Shown piece by piece: positions 19,779-29,400 of a stretch of DNA of 64,000 bases. The translations under genes were made by a program, and so were the position numbers. The stretch comes from an uncultured Candidatus Saccharibacteria bacterium (GTDB lineage: Bacteria > Patescibacteriota > Minisyncoccia > Phycocordibacterales > PALSA-1337), in the NCBI GenBank assembly GCA_964459225.1, contig CAYWKB010000001.1:426163-490162 (forward strand), given 5' to 3'. Each line of letters opens with the position of its first letter. The first letter of the stretch is position 1. The notes below the pieces were generated by a model. It had not been told where the DNA came from and made no database searches. It saw nothing but the letters and a program-made list of their open reading frames with translations.

Positions 19779-20768
19779 ATGATAATCACAGACGAAATTT
19801 TAGGCGCTTTAAATAATTCCAAAAACATTTTATTACATTGCCACCCTAGTCCAGATCCTGATAGTGTTGGTTCGGTTTTGGCAACTAAATTTGCATTAGA
19901 AAAAATGGGTAAAAATGTCACTGCTATATCAGGAGACAGTGATATTCCAGAAGAATTTGTTTTTCCAGGAGTTCAGACAATTATTAAAAAAACTTTTCAT
20001 GAAATTGATTTAAATAATTTTGATACATTTGTAATCCTTGATAGTGGATCAAAGGAAATGATTACAAGAAAAGTTGAAGTTATTTTCCCTGAACATTTAA
20101 ATACTATTGTCATCGATCATCATAGGAGTAATACTGGATATGGAAAAATGAATATCGTAAAACCACAATATCCATCAACCGCACAGCTTTTATATGATAT
20201 TTTTACTGAATTAAAAATCGAAATTGATAAAAATATTGCATTAAACTTATTTATGGGAATGTATACTGATACTGGTGGTTTTAGATATGAAAATACAAAT
20301 TCAGATTCATTTAAGATAGCAGGTAAATTAGTTGAGATAGTACCTGAATATTCAAAAACCATTTCGATAATGGAAAATAGTAAAGACAAAGAGACGTTAA
20401 TATTTGAAGGAATTGCGATTTCAAATGCAAAATCATTTTATAATGATATCCTTGTTATATCTATTGTAAGTAATGACGAACTTATTAAAAACAATATTAA
20501 GACAAAAGATATAAGTACTTCTTATATTTCATCAAAATTAAAATCAATTAAAACCACAATGATTTCTGCAACAATTGTTGAAGAAGAGATTGGTGTATGT
20601 AAATTAAGTTTTAGAACAAAAGATGCTTCAAAATACGATGTCTCAAAAATAGCAGTCTCGTTAGGTGGTGGCGGTCATATTGCAGCTTCTGGTGCCATAC
20701 TTATGATGGACACACAAAAAGCACAAGATATAGTGGTACAAAAAGTAAAAGAAATATATAATCTATAA
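19779..20768 (+). CDS. DHH/DHHA1 phosphoesterase (NrnA-like)
   Basis: H.SPDPDSVGS, IDHH, TDTGGF, GGGGH..ASG. Confidence 0.9.
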   Translation: MIITDEILGALNNSKNILLHCHPSPDPDSVGSVLATKFALEKMGKNVTAISGDSDIPEEFVFPGVQTIIKKTFHEIDLNNFDTFVILDSGSKEMITRKVEVIFPEHLNTIVIDHHRSNTGYGKMNIVKPQYPSTAQLLYDIFTELKIEIDKNIALNLFMGMYTDTGGFRYENTNSDSFKIAGKLVEIVPEYSKTISIMENSKDKETLIFEGIAISNAKSFYNDILVISIVSNDELIKNNIKTKDISTSYISSKLKSIKTTMISATIVEEEIGVCKLSFRTKDASKYDVSKIAVSLGGGGHIAASGAILMMDTQKAQDIVVQKVKEIYNL

Positions 20769-20770
20769 TT

Positions 20771-21433
20771 ATGAATAAAACAGTATATATAATTGTCGCA
20801 GCATTAATAGTTTTGGAATTGATTTATATAGTTAGACCAAATAATAAGATTAATATTACTGTTAATAATTACAGTACAGATGTAGTAGCGACAAGTACAG
20901 AGGATATTGTTAAGGAGGAGGATAATAAAGCAATTAATAATAATTTAAATAAAAATTTCATGCATACAATCTCAATTGAGACAAATAAGGGTACAATAGT
21001 TTTTGAAACATATGATAATGATGCGCCAAAGACTGTGGACAATTTTATAACTTTAGCTAAAAAGGGTTATTATAATGGAATAATTTTCCATAGAGTAATT
21101 AAAAACTTTATGATTCAAGGCGGTGATCCAACAGGTACAGGAACAGGTGGCCCAGGGTATAAGTTTGAGGATGAACTAAATCCAAATACCGAATCATATA
21201 AAATCGGATACAAGAGAGGTGTTGTGGCAATGGCAAATGCAGGACCTAATACAAATGGAAGTCAATTTTTCATAATGCATAAAGATACACCATTACCAAA
21301 TGCATATTCTATTTTTGGTCGTGTTGTTTCAGGTATGGAAGTTGTTGATGCAATTGCTGAATCAAAAGTTGATGCAAGTGATAAGCCTATTGAAGCGGTA
21401 ATAATGAAAAACGTTAGTGTCTCAGAAAAATAG
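20771..21433 (+). CDS. Cyclophilin-type peptidyl-prolyl isomerase with N-terminal anchor
   Basis: FHRVIKNFMIQGGDP, AMANAGPNTNGSQFFI. Confidence 0.95.
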   Translation: MNKTVYIIVAALIVLELIYIVRPNNKINITVNNYSTDVVATSTEDIVKEEDNKAINNNLNKNFMHTISIETNKGTIVFETYDNDAPKTVDNFITLAKKGYYNGIIFHRVIKNFMIQGGDPTGTGTGGPGYKFEDELNPNTESYKIGYKRGVVAMANAGPNTNGSQFFIMHKDTPLPNAYSIFGRVVSGMEVVDAIAESKVDASDKPIEAVIMKNVSVSEK

Positions 21434-22262
21434 CAAATACAATTCAGTTTGGATATCGCACTCATCTATTGGGGATTTTTTGAAATGTCATAAGGCATAT
21501 TATCTTAAAAATATATATAAAAATCCTAAGACTGGAAGAAAAATAGGTATTGTTAATCCTGCACTTTCACTTGGTTCATCTGTTCATGAAGTTGTTGAAG
21601 GGTTGGCAAATTATAAAGCAGAAGAAAGATCAAATGTCCCAATAATTGATCAATTCGAAAATGTATGGAAAAAGTTCGAAGGATTAAAAGGTGGATTTAA
21701 AGATAAAGCTGAAGAGGAAGCTGTAAAGCAAAGAGGTTTAGAAATGATTAAAAGAGTTAAGGATAATATATCTCCATTACTTAATAAAACAGTTAAGCTC
21801 AAAGAAAGTGCAAATGGTATGCCACCTAATTTCTATTTATCTGAAAGCGATAATATTATTTTATGCGGGAAAATAGATTGGTTAATATGGAAACCAGAGG
21901 ACGACAGTATACATATTTTAGATTTCAAAACAGGCAAAAATGAAGAAAATGATGATTCATTACAATTACCAATTTATCAATTATTATTAGATAAATTACA
22001 AAAAAGAAAGGTTACAGGAGCAAGTTATTGGTATTTAGACAAAGACGATACACCAAGACAAAAATCATTACCAGATATAGCTGAATCTTATGAAAAGGTT
22101 TTAAGTATAGGTAAACAAGTTAAAGAAATAAGAGAAAAAGGTGAGTTTGTATGCAAAAATGGTGATGAAGGATGCTTTGCATGTAGACCGCTACTTAAGG
22201 TTATAAATGGAGAAGCGCAATATGTTGGAGTTGGTGAATGGCAAGACTTGTATATGGTTTAA
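21417..22262 (+). CDS. PD-(D/E)XK nuclease (RecB/AddB/Cas4-like)
   Basis: S.SSI..FL.C, G..VH, GKID, DFKTG, QL.IY, C-terminal C..GC..C. Confidence 0.85.
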   Translation: MSQKNSKYNSVWISHSSIGDFLKCHKAYYLKNIYKNPKTGRKIGIVNPALSLGSSVHEVVEGLANYKAEERSNVPIIDQFENVWKKFEGLKGGFKDKAEEEAVKQRGLEMIKRVKDNISPLLNKTVKLKESANGMPPNFYLSESDNIILCGKIDWLIWKPEDDSIHILDFKTGKNEENDDSLQLPIYQLLLDKLQKRKVTGASYWYLDKDDTPRQKSLPDIAESYEKVLSIGKQVKEIREKGEFVCKNGDEGCFACRPLLKVINGEAQYVGVGEWQDLYMV

Positions 22263-22292
22263 TAGTAATGGTATAATTTATTTATAAACAAA

Positions 22293-23333
22293 ATGGAAAG
22301 TAGAACACAGTATTATTTTTTCATATGTATACTTGTTGCAGTCTTTGTACTGACTCTATTTATCTTTTATCCCTATTTAACATCTTTACTATTAGCTGTA
22401 GTTTGTTCTGTAATATTTAGACCATTACATAGATGGGTTTCAAGAATATTTTCAAATAAAAATCAACAAAGTACAGTTTCTACATTTATTACACTTATGA
22501 TAGTTGCGGTGCTTGTCATTACACCACTAATCTTCCTAGCAAAGCAAATATATGTTGAAAGTGAAAACCTCTATTACAGTTTAACTGATGAAAGTACAAG
22601 GTCTGATCTTATTGTTACATTAAATAATCTTTCAGATTCATTATCATCACATTTATTTAACGTTTTTCCGGCATATAATTTTGATTCAATAAATATAACT
22701 ACTTATGTACAAAATTTCCTTGAATGGTCATTTGCAAATCTAGATACGATATTTTCAAGCTTTTCGAAATTTGCTATACAGATATTTATAATGCTTTTTG
22801 CATTGTTCTATCTACTTAGAGATGGCGTAAAGTTAAAACAAGGAATTATTTCTCTTAGTCCGTTGAACGATAATTATGATGAGAGGATTTTTTCAAAACT
22901 AAAGCAGGCAATAAGATCAGTTGTTTCTGGATCACTAATTGTTAGTGTTATACAGGGTATATTGACCGGAATAGGATTTTATATTTTTGGGGTTCCAAAT
23001 CCAGCATTATGGGGAAGCTTTGCGGTAGTTGCAGCACTTATTCCAGGTATTGGTACCTCACTTGTTTTGATTCCTGGAATACTTTATCTATTTTTTACCG
23101 CTACAAATCTACACGCAATTGGTTTATTGGTATGGGGAGTTCTTGCTGTCGGACTTATAGATAATTATGTTGGACCAATGCTTGTAAACAGAGGGGTTAA
23201 TATTCATCCATTCCTAATACTACTTTCAGTTATCGGTGGATTAGCATTTTTTGGTCCAATAGGCTTTATTGCTGGACCACTTGTAGTTGCATTACTTTTC
23301 GCTTTACTTGAAATTTACAAGTACAACAGATAG
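22293..23333 (+). CDS. AI-2E family transporter
   Basis: FYLLRDG, IPGIG, DN...P, GG...FG..GF..GP. Confidence 0.9.
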   Translation: MESRTQYYFFICILVAVFVLTLFIFYPYLTSLLLAVVCSVIFRPLHRWVSRIFSNKNQQSTVSTFITLMIVAVLVITPLIFLAKQIYVESENLYYSLTDESTRSDLIVTLNNLSDSLSSHLFNVFPAYNFDSINITTYVQNFLEWSFANLDTIFSSFSKFAIQIFIMLFALFYLLRDGVKLKQGIISLSPLNDNYDERIFSKLKQAIRSVVSGSLIVSVIQGILTGIGFYIFGVPNPALWGSFAVVAALIPGIGTSLVLIPGILYLFFTATNLHAIGLLVWGVLAVGLIDNYVGPMLVNRGVNIHPFLILLSVIGGLAFFGPIGFIAGPLVVALLFALLEIYKYNR

Positions 23334-23361
23334 TGATAGAGTGACATTATAATAACTATTT

Positions 23362-24342
23362 ATGGCATTTATTGATGATTTAACAATACATATTAAGGCT
23401 GGCAATGGCGGTGCTGGTGTGGTGCGATGGCGTCATGAAAGAGGCAGGGAAATGGCCGGAGCCGCAGGAGGAAATGGTGGTAAAGGTGGAGATGTATATG
23501 TACATGCCATACGTGATCTTGGAATACTTGAAAAATATAGAAATGTTAAAGAATTAGAATCTCAAAAAGGAGAGGATGGAATGAGAAATAGCATGCACGG
23601 TAAAAATGGTGATGACTTGTATATTGACCTACCTATCGGTTCGCTTATTACAGATGAAAGGACAAAGAGACAATACAATCTATTGCATGAAGGTGAAAAA
23701 ATAATGATATTAAAAGGTGGTCGTGGAGGATTGGGTAATGAGCACTTCAAGGCTTCTACAAATGTCACACCAACCGAATCAACACCAGGAAGAGAGGGTG
23801 AAGAAGCAGATTTCCATATTGAACTCGAACTCGTAGCTGATGCAGGACTTGTTGGGTTACCGAATGCTGGTAAATCAAGTTTATTAAATGCTCTAACAAA
23901 TGCTGATGCAAAAGTCGGTAATTATCAATTCACAACACTTGAGCCAAATCTCGGAGCATTAAAAGGTGGATTTATTCTTGCTGATATCCCAGGACTTATT
24001 GAAGGTGCATCAGAGGGTAAGGGGCTTGGACATAAATTTTTAAGGCATATCAAAAGAACAAATAGAATTTTGCATATCATTTCTCTTGAAAATACTGCAT
24101 TAATTGATACATACAAAACGATAAGAGAAGAATTAGAAAAATACGGTCAAGGATTAATTGATAAAAAGGAAACTATAATACTAACAAAGACAGATGTAAC
24201 TGACGAAAAAGGTATAGAGTCAGCAATCAAAAAAATTCAGAAATACAATAAAGATATTTTAACTGTAACGGTTTTGGACGATAAATCAGTAAAGGAATTA
24301 TCAGATGAAATAGTAAAAAGACTTAGAGAGGATGTGATATAA
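23362..24342 (+). CDS. obgE: GTPase ObgE
   Basis: Gly-rich Obg fold, GLPNAGKS, FTTL.PNLG, DIPGLIEGAS.GKGLG. Confidence 0.96.
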   Translation: MAFIDDLTIHIKAGNGGAGVVRWRHERGREMAGAAGGNGGKGGDVYVHAIRDLGILEKYRNVKELESQKGEDGMRNSMHGKNGDDLYIDLPIGSLITDERTKRQYNLLHEGEKIMILKGGRGGLGNEHFKASTNVTPTESTPGREGEEADFHIELELVADAGLVGLPNAGKSSLLNALTNADAKVGNYQFTTLEPNLGALKGGFILADIPGLIEGASEGKGLGHKFLRHIKRTNRILHIISLENTALIDTYKTIREELEKYGQGLIDKKETIILTKTDVTDEKGIESAIKKIQKYNKDILTVTVLDDKSVKELSDEIVKRLREDVI

Positions 24343-24351
24343 TTTCCACAT

Positions 24352-25803
24352 ATGAAGGATTACATTGCTACAATAGGACTAGAAATTCATGCAGAATTAA
24401 GGACAAATTCAAAAATGTTTTGTGCTTGTAAAAATGATCCCGATGAAGAAAGTCCAAATAAAAACATTTGCCCAGTATGCATGGGTCATCCTGGAACAAT
24501 ACCAGTATTAAATAAGGAGGCAATTAGACATGTACTAAAAATAGGTCACTCTGTTAATGGAAATATTGCAGATTTTACAGAATGGGATAGGAAAAACTAT
24601 TTTTATCCAGATATTCCAAAAGGATATCAGATTAGTCAGTACAAGTATCCGCTTGTCTCAGGTGGAGTATTAGCGGGCGTTTCAATCACAAGAATTCATC
24701 TTGAAGAAGATACAGCCCAGTCAACTCATGATATTCATGAAAAAAGTCTAGTAAATTTCAATAGATCAAGTGTTCCACTTATGGAATTAGTTACCGAACC
24801 TGTTATACATGATGCAGAGACAGCAGTTAGATTTGCTAAGGAATTACAATTACTACTTAGATATGTTAAAGCTGGAAATGCTAATTTAGAAAAAGGTGAA
24901 ATGAGGGTAGAAGCAAATATATCTGTTGCAAGTAAGGAAGATACAGATGCAAAGAAATTTGGTACAAAGACAGAAGTTAAAAATTTGAATTCATTTAAAT
25001 CTGTTGAAAAAGCAATTCAATTTGAAATTGCTAGACAAATAAAGCTTTTAAATGAAGGAGGTAAAGTTGTACAGGAAACAAGAGGTTGGGATGAAAATTC
25101 ACAAACTACATATTCACAAAGATTAAAGGAAAGTTCACATGACTACAGATATTTCCCAGATCCTGATATACCAAAATTAAAGATTTCTAATATTAAGGAA
25201 TTTGATAGGGAATCACTACTTAAAGATATCGGTGAATTACCATGGAATAAGAGGGAAAGATTCCTGAAGTCATTTGGTATGACTGACAAAGAAGTATCTA
25301 TTTTTATTGATTCACCAGAAATTGCAAAATATTTTGAAGATACAATTGAATCATATAAAGATAATAGTAAGATGGTTAAATTGACCATTAACTATATTCT
25401 TTCAGATTATCTATCACTCGTTAATAAAGGAGATAATAGTATTAATACAATAAGCACAAAATCATTTGCTCAATTAATATCACTTATCGGTAACGGAACA
25501 TTATCATCTCGCGGAGCAAAAGACACTTTGGCTATTATGTTTAAGGATGGTATTTCTGGCAATTCAAATACAGACGCATTAAAAATTGCAGAGGAAAATA
25601 ATTTGATTCAGAAAAGTGATGAAGGTGAAATTAGAAAAATAGTTTCAGAAATAATATTAAATAATTCAAAGACAGTTGAAGAATATAAATCAGGTAAAAC
25701 AGCAGTGCTACAGTTTATGATAGGACAGGGAATGAAAGCAACTAAAGGTTCTGCAAATCCAGAAATACTTAAAAATATTTTTATTGAATTACTTTCAAAA
25801 TAG
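24352..25803 (+). CDS. gatB: Asp/Glu-tRNA amidotransferase subunit B
   Basis: IGLEIH, RKNYFYPD.PKGYQISQ, HLEED, DYRYFPDPD. Confidence 0.96.
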   Translation: MKDYIATIGLEIHAELRTNSKMFCACKNDPDEESPNKNICPVCMGHPGTIPVLNKEAIRHVLKIGHSVNGNIADFTEWDRKNYFYPDIPKGYQISQYKYPLVSGGVLAGVSITRIHLEEDTAQSTHDIHEKSLVNFNRSSVPLMELVTEPVIHDAETAVRFAKELQLLLRYVKAGNANLEKGEMRVEANISVASKEDTDAKKFGTKTEVKNLNSFKSVEKAIQFEIARQIKLLNEGGKVVQETRGWDENSQTTYSQRLKESSHDYRYFPDPDIPKLKISNIKEFDRESLLKDIGELPWNKRERFLKSFGMTDKEVSIFIDSPEIAKYFEDTIESYKDNSKMVKLTINYILSDYLSLVNKGDNSINTISTKSFAQLISLIGNGTLSSRGAKDTLAIMFKDGISGNSNTDALKIAEENNLIQKSDEGEIRKIVSEIILNNSKTVEEYKSGKTAVLQFMIGQGMKATKGSANPEILKNIFIELLSK

Positions 25804-25842
25804 TCTCGGTATAGTCACTTACCTATATCTTGTAGACTTTCA

Positions 25843-26082
25843 CTAATCATTCAAATGCTTTACGCTGAGCTTTTTCTTTTTATCTCTATTCCTACTTACA
25901 ATTATACTTCTACCCATTTCCTCAATTAGTTTATTTACATCATCAATATCATATACTCGATAGTTACTTATGGGGTGTCTACCAGCAGGAAACTTACCAG
26001 TATTGTCCCAATTTCTAAGAGTTAATTCTGTAACCCCAATCATCTCTGATGCTTTTTTGATTGTTATATACTTTTTTTCCAT
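25843..26082 (-). CDS. MerR-type HTH DNA-binding protein
   Basis: A.EMIGV...TLRNWD..G...RHP...YRVY. Confidence 0.85.
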   Translation of the reverse strand: MEKKYITIKKASEMIGVTELTLRNWDNTGKFPAGRHPISNYRVYDIDDVNKLIEEMGRSIIVSRNRDKKKKLSVKHLND

Positions 26083-26400
26083 ACATTAATAAACCCTTAT
26101 ATTTATTAATATATATTATAACATTTATATTAAGCTTTAATATAGTTTACAAATAAATATTATTGTATTTAAAATTGAACTTTATTTACTAAATTTTTTG
26201 TATTTTTAAAATTTTTGTCAATGTAATTTAAAGATTTAGATTTCTTTATCCTTATCTAATGCACATAATTAGAAGCCACTTAGAATTTACAAAATAAAAA
26301 GAGAGGAATAAATTTCCTCTAAAATGGAGTGTGTAAGTAATAAGATAATTATAACTCAATCAAATAATTTAGCAAGCAAAATTAAGCAAAATATCAGTAC

Positions 26401-26409
26401 TTATCCACA
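26401..26409 (+). promoter_or_regulatory. Consensus DnaA box
   Basis: TTATCCACA in the 380-bp divergent intergenic region. Confidence 0.5.
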
Positions 26410-26462
26410 TTAAAAAATAATTTTTAATACGAGTATGAAGTATAATTATATGGAATAACTTT

Positions 26463-29400
26463 ATGCCCAAGGATGTTAAAAATTTTTCATTCCTTAAAAG
26501 TGTTAGTGGTTTTTTAACTACTAATAAGTTTTTTCTTTATTCTATGTATGTTACTGGTTTCATTTTTATCTCTGCATCAGTAATACCATTTGATAAAATT
26601 TCTATTGGTGATCCATTTAGTTTAAAACCAATTTCTAATTCAATTTCATCTGCATTTGAAAGCATAGGAAATTTTGGATCTGATGTACTTGCATCTGTTG
26701 AAAGTTTTGGAGATGGTATATTTGGTTTTGAAAGCTCAAGTGGGTCAGATCAAAATACTGCATCAATACTAGATTCAATTAAAAGTTTTTTTGGATTCAA
26801 TAAAGATGAAACAATACCCGTAAAAATTACTGATGACACAACAGAATCAAATTTAAATTCATCACCAGCTCTTGATATTCCAAATGTAAATAAAACATAT
26901 TCAAAAAATGATACTATCGAACAGAATACTTCATCTAATAATGTTAACAACTCTATTGTTAATGAATCACCGGTTGTAACACCAAGTAATATTGTTGGTG
27001 CAAAACCTCAAACAGTTGTTCAAAATATTTATAATTCATATCCACAAACAATTGTTAGAGAGACAATTAATACAAATACTCTAGTTCAAAAGGAAAGCTT
27101 TGATGGTCAGGTTGAAACTGTTTATAATTCTATTTCAAATAGCTTGGATGCAATTTCTGCTAATAATTTTGAATTTAGCGAAGATTTAAGTGTGCTGGGT
27201 GATTTACATGCCAATTCAAATATTATAGGCGCTGGCTCAATTACTGGAACTTATTTTGAGGCCTCATCGGCTGAGGCAACGAGTACATTTAATGGATCAT
27301 TTAATGTTGCTGACTCAAGTCTGTTTGTTAATGCAAATACCGGTTATGTTGGTATTGGAACATCAAGCCCATCAAGCAAGTTGTCAGTAAATGGTGATAT
27401 GTTTATAAATAGTGCTATTCAATTTGAGGATTCAACACCATCAGATACGTCAGGTAAACTTTATGCTAATTCTTCAAGTTTATATTGGTCAGGAAATCTT
27501 ATTGCAGGTGCTTCTGCTGGTAACTGGACTACAGATGGCACAAATGCTTGGCGTGCAACTGGTAATATTGGAGTTGGTACATCAACACCATGGGCTAAAC
27601 TCTCAGTTAATCCAAATGGTATTACAGGTCCATCATTTGTAATTGGTTCATCAACAGCAACAAATTTTATAGTGACAAATGGAGGAAATGTTGGTGTTGG
27701 TACAGCGAACCCATCAGCCAAATTGCATGTTTATGGTAGTGGTGATGTCGGTGCAATAATTGAATCAAGTTCAGCTACAAATGATGCCCAGTTATCATTA
27801 AGAAATGGTGATGGTACAGCAAATGTACATTTAAATGATGATGGTAAATTTTATTTATGGAATAATATCGCAAATAGCGATTTAATACTCAGGGTAAATA
27901 ATGGAAGTAATATAGATGCATTAACAGTTGCTGGTACAAGTGGTTATGTTGGTATTGGTACAGGTACTCCACAATATAAATTAGATATTCTCGGTGACAT
28001 GAATATTACTACCGGTATATTTACATTACAAAATTCTACATCATCTCTTGTTACGTCAAATCAATTCCCGTCAATATATGCTAGTCAAAACTCAGGATCT
28101 AGTTACCCATTCTTAACTAGTGGTAATCTAATACTGCAATCAAGAGCTTTGGGAGCAAGTAGAGATATCGTTTTTGTTGGAAGTACAACACCAACAGTAC
28201 AGATGATTATACAAGGTTCTAGTGGTAATGTAGGAATTGGTACAACTAATCCAAGTTATAAACTCGATATCGTTTCTGACGGTAGTAATAATGCAAATAA
28301 TACAACTACAGGCGGTTCATTTGGTTCAGGTAGAATTGCAGATAATCAGTCTCTGGTAATTAGACATAAAACAGATAAGGGAATTAGTGGAGCAACATTC
28401 CCAACACAAATTATTCAGAATTCAACTCAGTCTAATTCACTTGAGCTATATTCAACTGGGTCGACACCAATTGTCTTCGGTACACAATCACTTGAGAGAT
28501 TAAGAGTTAATTCTGCGGGCGATATTTCAGTTGGAAGTTCTACTACATACGGTAATTTTTCTGTAAATGCCTTACGCTACACTATAGACAGGCATGCATT
28601 TGAGGATTGGTCACTTTTAAATACAACAGATACAAATCTTGGTTATTCGTCTTTTGATGCAAAGTCAACAATGACAAATTCACAAGACCAAAACCATATG
28701 GTCGCATATCAGGCACGTAACATATATAATGGTAGTGCTAATTTAACTGACAGATTTGTCGGTTTCCATTCATTCCCAACAACTAGTGGTTCAGGAAATA
28801 TTACTAATGTTTATGGGGTTAAAATCGATGATATGACTGGTGCTGGCACAGTTACAAATAATTATGGTTTGTATATTGGTAATACAGTAAAGGGTACAAG
28901 TAATAACTACTCAATATATTCAAATGGAGGAACAAGTTATTTTGCTGGAAATGTTGGAATAGGTACGACTTCACCGAATGCAAAATTACAAGTTCTGGAT
29001 TCAACAAATGTTTCAACATTCACAGGCGTTCAAAATCAAGGATTAGCTATTAATGGAGGCGCAGTGAGTGCTTCAGGAAATTATAGTTTGCTTGGTTTTA
29101 GAACTTCTGATTCTGGTTATACCGGAAAAAATGTTGCTCAAATTGGTGCTAAATTAACATCATCAGGAAGTTACTTACAATTCGGTACAAGTAATTTGTT
29201 TTCAAGTGGAATCACAAATACAGCAATGACAATTGATTATTCTGGTAATGTGGGTATTGGTACAACAACTCCAAGCAGTATGCTGCATCTTTACGGATCT
29301 ACTGCTGGAACATCAACTCTTGAAATTGAGAGAAACATGACCGCTGGTCAAGGTGAGTCAAGAATACATTATCGTAATGCTTTGCATGATGTGTATTCAA

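Noticed and set aside
21417-22262. CRISPR adaptation module
   Set aside because: No cas1, cas2 or array in the window
26083-26462. AT-rich region with a DnaA box as oriC
   Set aside because: Only one clear box and no dnaA/dnaN nearby
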